Positions 39,464-52,298 of a stretch of DNA of 64,000 nucleotides are shown here, in pieces. The stretch lies in the NCBI GenBank assembly GCA_951406725.2, contig OX597830.1:25296001-25360000 (forward strand), written 5' to 3'. The notes under the pieces are model-generated. The model was not told where the DNA came from and made no database searches. It saw only the letters and a program-made list of their open reading frames with translations. This DNA is from Octopus vulgaris (Eukaryota). Positions within the stretch are counted from its first letter, which is position 1; each line of letters opens with the position of its first letter. A program made the position numbers and the translations under genes.

Positions 39464-39548
39464 TTCGAATAACAGCGGTACAGCGCTGATTGGCTGATTG
39501 CTTAGCAAGCTTCTTGTTTGATTGGTCAGTTTTGTTGTGAAACCGTTA
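39464..39548 (-). promoter_or_regulatory. cyclin B cell-cycle promoter: two CCAAT boxes, CHR-like TTCGAA, Myb-like site
   Basis: Minus-strand CCAAT at 39525-39521 and 39493-39489 (32 bp apart), TTCGAA at 39464-39469 and TAACGG at 39548-39543, all about 220-300 bp upstream of the ATG. Confidence 0.7.
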
Positions 39549-41114
39549 TAACATAGCGGCTTACTCAGAATCATTCCTTACAATTTTTAATAATTTTTTT
39601 CTATTTAAGGTTTGTTTTCGGGATTTAGTTATAGAAAATTTTATCTTATGTAATGCCAAAGCTCGCTGAGTCCTTGTTAGGATTTATAAATGAGTATTTG
39701 AAAAAGATATTTGCAAGTTTTACAATAAACATCTTAATTTATTCCCAGCATGCATTGTTATTTGTTGATACTATACAACCAGATACAAAGTAAAACTAAT
39801 GGGTTCTTATACAGTCGGGTAGCCGGCTAGAAACAACAGTCAGATATCTCTTAGATAGTCCTACCGTTTTGTATTTTTAAAAATGAAAGGACACATCGAC
39901 TAATATATTCCTAGGTGGGGTGGAGGAAAGACTGGATAGTCATGGTTTGAATGTCTGTGTTCATAAGTCTACTGGTTCATTCAATACTTCTATGGATTAA
40001 TTTAGCTGCAAATTTTTGCATGCTGGGTCACTGCAGTGCACACACACACACAAGTCTGTCGCTAGTAGTTACCATTGTCTCAGCATAGCTCTGATTGAAC
40101 AGACTTGTGATCAAAAATATTCCACCCATGACCATCCCGTCTTTTAATTTTTAATTTAAAAAATTTTTTTCAGTGAGTATACAACGGAAAGATCCTACAA
40201 CGGATTACATTTACCCAGTATGTCGTATGAAAAAATGGTTCGGTGTGACATGAAAGAGAATACAGGTTTTAAAAAGACAAAACTGTCACGTTGGGATACT
40301 TTCAAAAGGCGGAGCAGTCATGTTTGGAACGATTTTTATGGTTACGGTTGGAATGTTTTCAGAAAGACGCATAGTTTCGCGCGCGTGTGTACACACTCTT
40401 TTGTGCTCATGCGTGGGCGCGAATCCATGCACCAACTTGTTTATTCTCGATTTTGAAAATTTTCTATTTCATTACCGAGTCGGACAAAATCTTTAGCGGC
40501 ATTTCTTCCAGCTCTATACGTTCTGAGTTCAATTGCCTTCCATCGTTTCAGATTCGATAAAATAAGTACCAGTTAAGCACCGCAGTCTACGTAATCGACT
40601 TACACCTCCACATAAAATTTCTGGCCTTTTGCTAAGATTCCACTCCATTATTTACTAAACATTGAACTACAAATGTAACTGAACGGCCTACAGTTTCGTA
40701 CTAGACAACTTAATCAAATTCGCACGAACTTCTAGGCCTTAGTGTCATTTACGTATTTTCGCAGTTAATAAAGGGAGAAAAAAAATTGTGTTCTATTTTA
40801 CGTATTGAGTCCTTTCTCTCATGTTGATACGAGGAAGTTTGTCCAGTTGGTGGTGGTGGGGGGGAATCGTGTTATTTTCTGTATATAATATAAAAACACA
40901 AATTTCGTTTGACCAAGTTACAATCAAAAGGTTGAAATGTACCAATCGTTCTTGCGAGTTACTGCATTGTCCATCACACTGCAATTTAAATTCAAAGTCA
41001 GTAGTTTTCAGTTGGGGTCCATATGACACCTGAGGGACCATATAAGATTTTTAGGGGTCCGCAAACAAAATAGTAAAGTTTAAAAGTCCACGAAAAAAAA
41101 AAAGAAGATATATT

Positions 41115-41773
41115 TGTAAGGATCTAGCTTGATCCTGCCTGAGATTTGAAACCATATCCACCCGCTTGTTGCTTGTCAAAACGAGCGGGAAATCCTTTCC
41201 ACATCAGCTGATTGATGAGGAAGCACTCGACTCCCTAGGACCTGAGCTGGTCAAGGAAAGGTCAGTACTTTGTTTTAGGTTTGATCTACATTACTGACCA
41301 TAGTCTATATAACAGAGAGAATTTCCTATCTCTTCCTCTTATGTGTCAGCTATCACCAAGGAGCAATGCCCACTTTTGCGTTAGCCTTATCCAATAGCAA
41401 CACTTCTTTCGCCCTCCGCTCGACATGCGAAGAGAGGCTTTTGGACGCAAGAAATGCCTATATCCTTTCTTCCTCTCTAGTCAGCACCATGCATTCCTTA
41501 CTCTTTCACTCTCACCTGACAGACAACCTATCAACTACTAACCAGCGAGCCATCCTTGTCACTATCACTAGAATTGCTACTGTCTCTTTAACTATATGTC
41601 GGGCAAACGAATAAGCATATGTAAATATTATTTCTTCCTTCTTGGTGTTGATTCTTCGATGTTTACTGGTTTCTCCAGCGTGAGAACCTTCAGGCGTTAC
41701 GTCTACACGCTACATTCAGTCGTGGGCTACAACACATCGAACTGATATGACACATCACATCTAGCCCGCTACA
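41115..41773 (+). mobile_element. solo LTR-like insertion (659 bp) inside a hAT-like MITE
   Basis: TGTA...TACA termini, 4-bp TSD TATT on both sides, TATA-like CTATATAA at ~41305. The host MITE halves are at about 40998-41110 and 41780-42018. Confidence 0.6.
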
Positions 41774-42122
41774 TATTTATTACGGGAAACAGGTTTCTTT
41801 CTCTAATGTTTTGCATAGTTCAACATGTTTCCAGCCACTGAAACACTTTCTCTCAGTGATTGATATTGCAAACCTACACAAGTAAATGTTTGAAAAACGA
41901 AATAGGAATTTCGAAAGAAGTTTCAATAGTTTTTAAGCATCAAATGGTTGTGGGGATCCTACAGAATAAAACAGTAATCAAAAGAGTCCATAGATAAAAA
42001 GTGATTGAGAACTACCATTCGAACTCTATAAATAGATTTTATCTCAGACAATTCCACTGTATCTTGCCTTCTAAAATCCACCTGATAAAATAATATAATA
42101 ATAATGAAATTATTGTATACAT

Positions 42123-42535
42123 AGGCGTAGGAGTGGCTGTGTGGTAAGTAGCTTGTTTACCAACCACATGGTTCCGGGTTCAGTCCCACTGCGTGGCACC
42201 TTGGGCAAGTGTCTTCTACTAAGCCTCGGGCCGACCAAATCCTTGTGAGTGGATTTGGTAGACGGAAACTGAAAGAAGCCCATCGTATATATGTATATAT
42301 ATATATATGCGTGGGTGTGTTTGTGTGTCTGTGTTTGTCCCCCTAGCATTGCTTGACAACCGATGCTGGTGTGTTTATGTCCCCGTTACTTAGCGGTTCG
42401 GCAAAAGAGACCAATAGAATAAGTACTGGGCTTACAAAAGAATAAGTCCCGGGGTCGAGTTGTTCGATTAAAAAAGGCGGTGCTCCAGCATGGCCGCAGT
42501 CAAATGACTGAAACAAGTAAAAGAGTAAAGAGTAA
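42123..42535 (+). mobile_element. SINE family A, full length
   Basis: A and B boxes, body, and a (GTAAAAGA)-type tail. Confidence 0.9.
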
Positions 42536-42539
42536 GAGA

Positions 42540-43255
42540 GTGCTCAGGTGCACCACAACTTGTCAAAAGTGCGTATAAAGTGTATGCAGTAATGTATAAA
42601 TGTCTGGAGAGTGAACAGTGTATGAGTCAGATACATGCTTGCGTGGAGGGGAGAAAATCAGGTGTAGTGTTGGCGAATCTCAGGAAGCATGGAAGTTTTG
42701 AAGGATGCAGTGCTCCGACAACTAACAACTGATGCCGGCAGTTTGTTCCAGCAACTCTTAGCGTGAAAAAATGTTTCCGAAAGTCATGGGAGCTGTGCTG
42801 TTTTCTGACTTTGTAAACATGTCCACGGGTGTGAGACAGATGGAGTTTGAAAAGGTGCTCAGAGTTATTGTTTGTTAGATGGTTAATAATTTTATGGGTG
42901 TCTGCCAAGTCAGCTGCCAGACGTCGGAGTTTCAATGTGTCCATGCCCAGTAAGGCGTTCAGAATATGGCAAATGCCTGATGGAGGGTATTCTCTTGGTT
43001 GCACGTCGTTGAACGGCTTCCAGACGATTGATATCCTGGGCAAGATAGGGGTTCCAGACCGGTGATGCAAATGCCAGGTGAGGTCATACCATAGCTATAT
43101 AAAGCCGCAGATAGATAGCCGGAGAGCGGCTCACAAAGGACTTGGTGAGTGATGCTAAGACACCCTCAGCCTTCTTGGCAATTTTAGCGATGTGTTTTGT
43201 CTAACGCAAATCGATGTTGACAATAACGCACAGGTCACGTTCACAAGAAGACTTG
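42540..43255 (-). mobile_element. CR1/L2-group LINE 3' end
   Basis: LKLRRLAADL...HKII...TRGHVYKV...RKHFFTLRV, with a RDLRVIV-like motif upstream. Confidence 0.85.
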
Positions 43256-43999
43256 GTAGGGTGAGATGAGGAAGTTACATTACATAGTGTTGTGGAGGGA
43301 GTAAGTAGACACTGGGTTTTTTATCCCAAAATGATCAGCCCTATCGAAAACTATCGATTGATTAACAGCAATTTCTAAATATAGTAATATTTCCGAAATT
43401 AATAATCCATTTATATGTATATTTTGATAAATTTGTAATTAGGCAACGAAAATAAAAAGAATGAATTACTTTTGTAAATCTGAAAATAATAAAAATGTTA
43501 ATCATGGGAGAGGACTCTAATATAAAGGGACACAACTCAGTAATGATGCTGCGCTCTACATCAAAATAATTAAATACTTTATTTGCAAAAATGAAGAAGA
43601 AGAAGAAGAAGAAGAAGAAGAAGAAGAAGAAGAAGAAGAAGAAGAGAGAGAGAGAGAGAGAGATGGAGAGAGAAAGAAATAGATATAAAAATTGTAGCAT
43701 TATGTAAACAAGATTTACTGTAGAGAGTATTAAAAGAAGATATTTTGTATGCACGGTTGATAAAGTGCATCTATTACGAGCCAATAGCTAGAAGTTTTTC
43801 TATGTAGTCGTTCGATTTGCTAGATATGACTGCCAATTTTACCTCAAACCACATTCTACTCATTTTAAGGAAAAGAATATCACATCGGATAATGTAGTAT
43901 TCGCTATATTTTCTCTGAAAATTTATAAGACTGGCTGGTCGTGGGTGGTATGATTTTGATGAGAGATCTGCTTGATTAGGGCTAACATGGGGTTAATGA

Positions 44000-44051
<52 letters not shown>

Positions 44052-44067
44052 GAATGGAAGCACAACA

Positions 44068-44438
44068 TCGGTTACGACGACGAGGGTTCCGGTTGATCCG
44101 ATCAACGGAACAGCCTGCTCGTGAAATGAACGTGTAAGTGGCTGAGCACTCCACAGACACGTGCATCCTTAACGTAGTTCTCGGGGATATTCAGCGTGAC
44201 ACAGAGAGTGACAAGACCGGCCCTTTAAAATACAGGTACAACAGAAACAGGAAGTAAGAGTGAGAGAAAGTTGTGGCGAAAGAGTACAGCAGGGATCACC
44301 ACCATCCCCTGCCGGAGCCTATTGGAACTTTAGGTGTTTTCGCTCAATAAACACTCACAACGCCCGGTCTGGGAATCGAAACCGCGATCCTACGACCGCG
44401 AGTCCGCTGCCCTAACCACTAGGCCATTGCGCCTCCAC
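44068..44438 (-). mobile_element. SINE family C (tRNA-like head GTGGAGGCGCAATGGCCTAGTGGTTAGG)
   Basis: A box TGGCCTAGTGG, B box GTTTCGATTCC, flanked by (TAA)n. Confidence 0.85.
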
Positions 44439-44485
<47 letters not shown>

Positions 44486-44977
44486 GAATGAGAATAATAA
44501 TCATCATCATCAGCAACAGCAGTAGCAGAAGCAGTAACCTTATCTCAACACAGAGCACACAGTTCTCTCTCGACCCGAACCTCAGAAGAGAAAATTTGTT
44601 TTACGGAAACTTGTTAAGACACCCGTCGGAGGGCTTGTTCTTGTTCATGTTCTTGTATCCTAGATTGAAATACGTAACCCAGTTGAAAATACCCCCACCT
44701 AGCCCTTGGGTGTCTTTCGTAGATTCCATTCTGTTGCAAGAAAACAAGATTTTCTATGTAGTCGTTCGATTTGCTAGATATAACTGCCAATTTTCCCTCA
44801 AACCACATTCTACTCATTTTAAGGAAAAGAAGATCACATCGGATAATGTAGTTCCAGGATTGAATGTAACTTCCTCATCTCACCCTACCAATTACGAAGG
44901 ACTCGAAAAGATTCATGGACGCTATCCTCACTTCTCTGGCTCAGTCATGTATAAATAAAGAAATAAAAATACACGAG

Positions 44978-45145
44978 TGTCTGTGTGGTAAGTAGCTTGC
45001 TTCCCAACCACATGGTTCTGGGTTCAGTCCCACTTAGTAGAGACACTTGCCCAAGGTCCCACTGCGTGGCACTTTCTACTAAAGCCTCGGGCCGACCAAA
45101 GCCTTGTGAGTGGATTTGGGATATGGAACCTGAAAGAAGCCCGTC

Positions 45146-45203
<58 letters not shown>

Positions 45204-45405
45204 GTACGTATGTATGTATTTGTCCCCCAACCATCGCTTGAGAATCGATGTTGGTGTGTTTACGTCTCCGTAACTTAGCGGTTCGGCAAAAAAGATCGAT
45301 AGAATGAGTACTAAGCTTCCAAAGAATAAGTCCTGGGGTCGATTTATTCGACTAAAGGCGGTGCTCTAGCATGGCCGCAGTCAAATGGCTGGAGCAAGTA
45401 AAATA
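44978..45405 (+). mobile_element. SINE family A with an internal micro-inversion
   Basis: Family A body. 45035-45057 is the reverse complement of a normal family segment. Confidence 0.85.
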
Positions 45406-45460
45406 GAATTAACAAAAAAGGAATGTGCGCGTGCAGACACAGACACACGCACACACACAC

Positions 45461-45508
<48 letters not shown>

Positions 45509-45713
45509 TATAGACTCCACCCTTCTCGGTTATTAATTCTTTCTTATTGTGGCACAGTGTGAGGGTGTGTGGTCTAGTTAGGGTGTTCAGTGGCCCAGCA
45601 ACAAAATTTGCTGAGGGGGTGCAAACCCAGGTCCTAATTTTTTAAATGAAAAATGTGGATTTTTCCAATGTTAACTTTAAAACAAATACAGGTATAATAA
45701 TAATTTTTATTAT

Positions 45714-46215
45714 TATGAGGGTCGGCTGAAATGTTCATAATCTGAGCAAGACACTCTCAATGGAATGTGACCAAATGTAGTTCATTTTCTAACATAGTTC
45801 CTCTTACTGTCCACACACTTCCATTAGTAGTTGCAGTGCCTGTGTCGCACTGGTGAAGAAGCTTTTCTGTTGATCCAAATGGTCATCAACAACAGATAAG
45901 ATGTTCTCATCATAGTGATACTGGTGCTCAGCTGAGTGTTTTTCTATGTTGGGAAACAGATGATAACCAGAAGGAACCAAATCACTAACATAGGGAGGAC
46001 GATCAACCAGTTCAAAGCCAGTCACATACAACAGCCATTGAAACCAAGGACTTGTGTGCTGAAGCATTGTCCTAATGAAACAAGACCCCATTCATCAGTT
46101 TTGCTGGGTGTTTGGTCTTGATAGCCTTTCATAACTGCCTTAGGAAGTTGGTATTGAAATTTTCCATTGATGGTGTGATCATTTTGAAGATAGCCAATAA
46201 ACACAATATTTTTTG
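45714..46215 (-). mobile_element. mariner transposase 3' fragment with TIR
   Basis: GFELVDRPPYVSDLVPSGYHLFPNI resembles HPPYSPDLAPSDYHLF. A frameshifted HQDNA motif and a TA-flanked TIR-like end at ~45714 are present. Confidence 0.85.
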
Positions 46216-46781
46216 CATTAATGCATAGTATATATAATAATGTGAAGTATATTTTGCATATTAAAATGTTTTATTTTGGAAATGTATCAAGCAGAGCTAA
46301 AATAAGCAGTAAAAATACAAATTGCAAGTATTTCAAAATGTGAGACACTATATAACAAAAACTAACATAAAAAAAAAAGGAAGAAAATAGTGGTGTTTGT
46401 GTTTCAAAGGTACAATGAGCAGCCATTAAGGAGAAGGATAGAGAGATGGGGAAGAGGGAAGGAATTTGGAAGGAAAGAAAAGAATGAAAAGTAAAAAGAT
46501 ATACTGGGGATCAAAAATGAGTACTAGACAGGAAATTGGCCGGTGGCACGAAAAAACAACACCCACTACACTCTCAGAGTGGTTGGCGTTAGGAAGGGCA
46601 TCCAGCTGCAGTTCTAGGAGTGGTGGTAAAGAGCAGGTCCAAAGTGTTATTACCAACGAAAAGTTTCCCATTCAATTTCAGGGTAGTTGAAGTCACCAGT
46701 AATAAAAATATACGCGGCTGTTATATATATATAGAACGTCTAGCATTGTAGGTGTTATAACACCAGCTGGGCGGTAAGAAT

Positions 46782-47170
46782 AGGCACAGAAGTGGCTATG
46801 TGGTAAGAAGCTTGCTTCCCAACCACATGGTTCCTGGTTCAGTCCCACTGCATGACACCTTGGGCAAGTGTCTTCTACTATAGCCTCAAGCTTCTACTAA
46901 AGCCTTGTGGGAGTATTTGATAAACAGAAACTGAAAGAAGCAGGCGAGCTGGCAGAATCGTAAGCACGTCAGGCGAAATGCTTAGCAGTATTTCTTCTGC
47001 CGCTACATTCTGAGTTCACATTCCGCCGAGGTCGACTTTGCCTTTCATCCTTTCGGGGTCGATAAATTAAGTACCAGTTACGCACTGGAGTCGATGTAAT
47101 TGACTTAATCCGTTTGTCTGGCCTTGTTTGTCCTCTCTGTGTTTAGCCCCTTGTGGATAGTAAAGAAACA
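46782..47170 (+). mobile_element. SINE family A 5' half followed directly by SINE family B
   Basis: Family A head up to ...GAAAGAAGC, then GGCGAGCTGGCAGAATCG (family B). Confidence 0.85.
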
Positions 47171-47444
47171 GTTATTGTTAAGAGTTCATCTAATGAGTTT
47201 TTGGAGGGTTTTTTAATGTTTCAGTACAAGTCTCTTTTATATTTCTTTTAATTTAGATAGGTAGTTGAACAGTTGAGAGAACTCTAAATGTTAGATTGTT
47301 ACAATAGAGTATTTTAGTCCATGATTTCGAACGTAGTATATTTGCAAGCTTAGAGTATATAAATGTTCGTGCATTAAAACTCTCTCCAGTGCCGAAGTTT
47401 GGAACATGTCCCCTCCACAGTTCTCTATTTAAGAGATGAGGAAT

Positions 47445-47684
47445 TATATACATTCGATGGATATTTGTCCTCATCTTGTTTGTTGTTAACACAACGTTTC
47501 GGCTGATATACCCTCCAGCCTTCTACAGGTGTCTTGGGGAAATTTCGAACCTGTGTTCTCATTCCTAAGGTATTTTTCGATGTTATTATTATTGTTGATG
47601 TGTTGTTGTTAGTATTCAGGTCACTGCTTGGAATCGAACTTGGAATCAGTAGCCCGCGCTCTTAACCACTACGCCATATGTCCC
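47445..47684 (-). mobile_element. tRNA-headed SINE-like element with a hammerhead-like 3' module
   Basis: A box TGGCGTAGTGG, B box GTTCGATTCC, an (AAC/AAT)n linker, then a hammerhead-like fold at 47533-47488. Confidence 0.7.
47488..47533 (-). ncRNA. minimal type-I hammerhead ribozyme-like motif (core variant CUGUAGA)
   Basis: GACAC-CTGTAGA-A-GGCTG(loop)CAGCC-GAA-ACGT-T^GTGTT. Confidence 0.6.
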
Positions 47685-47699
47685 CCAACAATTTTCCTT

Positions 47700-50340
47700 A
47701 TGAATGTGATAGTATATATTTCTCTTTGGTGTCAAGAGACTCAGCACTTTCAGACATTCTCGGTAAATAAGACTTTTAACTGAAGGTATTTTACCAGTGA
47801 ACATTCCTTGTAACCCTTCAATTTCTTCTATGAGACCGGATGAGTTAGAAGATTAAAATTGTAAGCAGTAATATAAACTGCTCAGAACTAGGGTTTTCCC
47901 TAAATATATAACTAACTATTGGTTCCCTTGTCACGAATGTTCGTAGGATGCAGCCTATGAGTTTGCTGCATTTAAAGGTTAGTTTGATAATATGGCTGAT
48001 GGAAAATGCATCATTTGACATGATTACACCTAAGTCCTGTATGTTATTAGTGCTCTGAATCATTATGTTACCTTGTGTCAAATATTGCGATTTGGGTGAA
48101 TTCGGTTGTAATGAAGAAGCTGAAATTTTGATGTACTAATTTTCGTATTTTTTCTGGTTTAGCTCATAGCCATCGATATTCTTGTGTAATTCATTCCCTG
48201 ATGTATACGACGTATTACAGGTAACCTGGAGAGAAATCCATTTGCAGTAATAGGTTGACTCCTACCGTATAGGGAGTTAAAGAACCATTCTCCGACTTTT
48301 CCTGTGATACCAAAATTTCATAAATTATGACAGATGATTCCATGATCAGTCTTGTCAAACGCCTTAACAATATCAAGGTTTTAACAGTCAATGATCTTTC
48401 CCCTTAAGAAATTATTAGAGGTAGTGTTATGATGCTGTAAGAATTGTGACAGGCAACTTCGTTCAGTCCGAAACCTATACCGAGTGTCATCTAAGTTGTT
48501 TTCCTCCAGGTATGTTATTACTTTTTGTCTTCGGACAAGGCATTGGATGATTTTAGACGTGTAAGATGTGAGGGAAACAGGCCTGTAATTTTTAGCTTCA
48601 GCACTGCTACCTTCTTTGTAGCTATATAGGTTTTATTATAGCTTCTTTCAATAGTCTCGGGAATATGGCGGTATCTGGCGACTTTTGAAATAGTACCTTT
48701 AATGATTTAATAAGGTGGTTTTTGCACGTTTTTTTTAGCAATATAACGGGAATACTATTTGGTACAGATGCTGAGTTTGGGTCTAAATCATTAATAGCCG
48801 CAAGTATATCAACTTCCATGATATTAATTTTAAGTTGTGTCTCTGCACTTGAGTTGTGGGATCAAAGAATTCGCTTGAATTTTGCACGGGGCTGCGATAC
48901 GGACAGAGAATGCGGCCTTCCGCCTGTTGAAACGAAAGTGTCGGGGATAGAGTTTGCGATCATGCCCACGAAGACCTCTATCCGGCGCAGGGGTGAAAAC
49001 CTCCGCAAATAGTAGGTTTACATGTCCGTTGAAGATGTTGAAAGTCGGATGAGATCTCTCTGCATCCTCCGTCGTTTGAGTGAAGGCAATGCCAGCCGTT
49101 GGAGATGTTCCTCTTACGCAAGCTTAGACAAGCCCGCGCCCATTCGGGTGGCCAAGTGCTGAACCCGTTCCAGGTGCTGAATGTCTTTCTGGAGATATGG
49201 GTTTGAGGTATGGATGTAATATTCGAGGATGGGTCGAACTAGAGTGATATATACAGGCCAAAATACGTCCATTGAAAGGTTGGTAAAGGATCAGTGGATG
49301 AGGAAAAGATTCCTTCTGGCTTTGTTCGCCGCCTCGATACCCTGCCGTGGTAGTTTGAAAGTAGTATCGATCATTATGTCAAGATCCTTTTCTTCAGTGA
49401 CCATCTTAAGATGTTGATGTTTGTGGCCAATAGTCAAGGGAGAGTTTGGAGGTGAACCTATTGGCAAATGGCTGCATTTTGAGGCGTTCAAGTTCAGATT
49501 CCATTCTTCCGCCCAATTCCAAGCTCGGTTCAGCGACGATTGGAGTATGTTGTATTGATTCCTAGGTGAGACAAGTTTGACGTCGTCTGCAAATAGGAGA
49601 ACTCGTTCACCAAGAAAATCTGGCAGGTCGTTGATATATAGAAGGAAAAGTATTGGCCCCAGCACCGACCCCTGGGGAACGCCGCTGCATGCATTCGTCT
49701 CTGCGGAGAGATCTCCATTCATCTGCACCCAAAAGGTTCGGTAGCTCAGGAAGGAAGAAATCCACAAAGTCACCAATGGATGAATCTTGAATGCTCGAAG
49801 TTTGCGCAAGAGAAGTCAGTGATTAACGGAGTCAAACGCCTTTGCGAAGTCCAAAAATACCACGCCCACCAAGCCTTTTTCAGCCATGGTCCTTGTAATC
49901 CATTCTTCAAGAAGGAGAAGATTTGTTAGGCAAGATCTTTAGGGTAGAAATCCACGCTGCGAGTCGGATATTTCTTTGTACCATATACAGATTATTGTAT
50001 AAGGCTTTGGTTGGAAATAGCTGTGGAATGACCTGAACATTGTGAATAAAAACAAAGTCGAGTATGTTATTTTCCCCTAATTGGACGGGTAATAATTTGT
50101 TGTATGGGAAAGTATTTTGTTGTATCGAGGAAAGGGTTCATATCCCACCATTTCAGTTGCTTAGTTCCAGGCTGGATATTATCCTCGGACCAGCTAAGAT
50201 TAGAAAAATTAAAGACCCCTGTTAAAAGCATATTATCCTGTGTGCTGGCCTCAGCTAGGGTTAGACTTATGAGCAAAAAAAGCACCTCTGAAGTGATCTT
50301 CGTGGTTAACCGCGTCAGGATGACGGTAGGTAATGCTTTT
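47700..50340 (-). mobile_element. old CR1-like LINE interrupted by a younger LINE
   Basis: Endonuclease-like LLTGVFNFSNLSW (50067-50285), AINDLDPNSASVPNSIP...LLKEAIIKPI (48622-48819) and IQDLGVIMSND (47845-48081), collinear on the minus strand. Confidence 0.75.
48845..49975 (-). mobile_element. younger CR1-like LINE, RT and 3' end
   Basis: FLDFAKAFDSV, SGVPQGSVLGPILFLLYINDLP, LFADDVKL and EKDLDIMID. GC is higher than in the host, and there are stops. Confidence 0.92.
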
Positions 50341-52093
50341 AATATAATTTCCTTTTTATATAAATTAGTCTGAAATTGTCGAATACATTTCTTTGCAAAT
50401 TAGGTAATTTCGGGGTTGATCTGAAATCATTTATAGTTAAATGTTTCCTTTCAAAATTTTTTTTTTTATTAAACTGTACTAGTATTTCGAATGAGCAATA
50501 AGTATCGAAGCATTTAACAATGAGCATTAAATATCAAAGATAAAAATAAATCATTTTGTTCCCTTGTCAAACTTTGGGCCTAACAACCTAAATGAGAAAA
50601 CCGATATGACTGAAAGAATTTTTAAAGGGCTTTTATTTTTAGGCTGAGGTCAAACAGTCGAATCCATTCAACCATGTCGTCAGTCTTTAGCAACATCAAC
50701 TACAAAGAACTTGAGAGAGGTGACAGACTGAGAGAGGACAAGAACCTTCACACATTTTCAGCATGGCAAGATTTTGGAGTTATTTTTGTCACAATAGAGC
50801 TATCTTCAAGAATCCAAGTAATACTATGTATTGAAGAGTAGCCGTAGATGCTGGTATGTTGTTGTTCTTGTTGTTTGCTGCTACTGTTGTTGTTATCACA
50901 TACTTATTATTTTGACGCTACTTTGCTTCAGAAGTTGGTTAGTCATAAATCCCCTTGGGAATTTTAAGCTCAGCTTCATCACTATTATTTATTTATTTAT
51001 TTCTTTATTTCTTAATTTTTGTTCTTTGTTTTTGCTTTGAAACGAAATCTAGCTTCAAGCATCTTATATAGATAATTTTTTAGACACTATTTTCTGAAAC
51101 TGGTAAAATTATGTAGGGGGTGCAAATTTTGATCTTGCATCACTTGAAAATTCCAGCGGCTGCAGGTGCACCCGCTGCACCCCTTGTTACCAGGCCCTTG
51201 AGGGTGTTGCACTCATGACCTGCCAAATCGTGGTTTCAATTCCTGACCGAGTGGTGCGTTGTGGTCTTGAGCAAAACACTTCATCTCATGGTACTCTGCG
51301 ATCATTTCCCCACCTGACGCGTGGTACACCGTATACCTGTCCAGGCAACATCGATTTGATGGAGAGAGAAAGTGAGCTAATGTGCCGCACGAACATTTGA
51401 TTGCTATAAAGAAATCATTTGTGCAGGTCGTTGAGCAAGAAATTGCAGAATCATCATATTTTAGCACAAGGTCAGCGATTTTGAGGAGAGCTGCAAGACC
51501 GCTGCAATAAGCGTGTAAATCTGAGAGGGGAATATGTCGGATAAAATCGTAATTAACCGGTCCTCCTGTATTTTCTTTTAGTCAAAGCCAGGAACTTTTC
51601 AGCACACCTCGTATGTGGGGTAATTTCATTTACTTTGCGTATGGGAGAGAATGTCTGAGAAATATTAATTTCATCAACTCAAATATTTGATTAGTTATTG
51701 TATCGACCCTGAATATATGACAGGCATAGTCAACCGCGATGGGATTTGAGCTTAGAACGTAAAATGTCGGATGAAATATAGTTATGCATTTTGTCCGACG
51801 CGCTCTGGAGTCTGCCAGCTCGCTGCCTTCTTTATTGTTATTAATATAGCTTATAATTTAATTTCAATAGCTGTTTTTTTCTCTTAAAGTGGCGCTGTGT
51901 TATAAAATTTGTGATAAATCGCAAACTACTGGAAAGACAAGAGTGTAACAAGGTTTCAATTTCTAATTCTATTTCACTTCACTTAAGTTGTTAGGAAAGC
52001 ATGAATGTTACCCATCTATTCTTTAGAAATTTCCTGACCTTTCTCTCTACTCAGTGGCTTGACCTTATGGAATTAGGAACCAAATCACTGTGA

Positions 52094-52095
<2 letters not shown>

Positions 52096-52182
<87 letters not shown>

Positions 52183-52243
52183 CGGTTTTGGAACGAGATA
52201 GAGATAAATAGATAAATATAGATAGATAGATAGACAGACAGAC

Positions 52244-52298
<55 letters not shown>

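Larger units (their letters stand above)
45588..51200. mobile_element. hAT-like DNA element (5.6 kb) carrying nested insertions
   Basis: 8-bp TSD AGGGTGTT (45580-45587 and 51201-51208). Imperfect TIRs CAGTGGCCCAGCAACA and TGTTACCAGGCCCTTG, with subterminal GGGGGTGCA motifs. It splits a family C SINE. Confidence 0.75.

Noticed and set aside
44360-44438. tRNA-like sequences with A and B boxes (also 55733, 20512, 42123, 47620-47684)
   Set aside because: No closed acceptor stem or proper anticodon arm, and they continue into repeat bodies. They are SINE heads, not tRNA genes.
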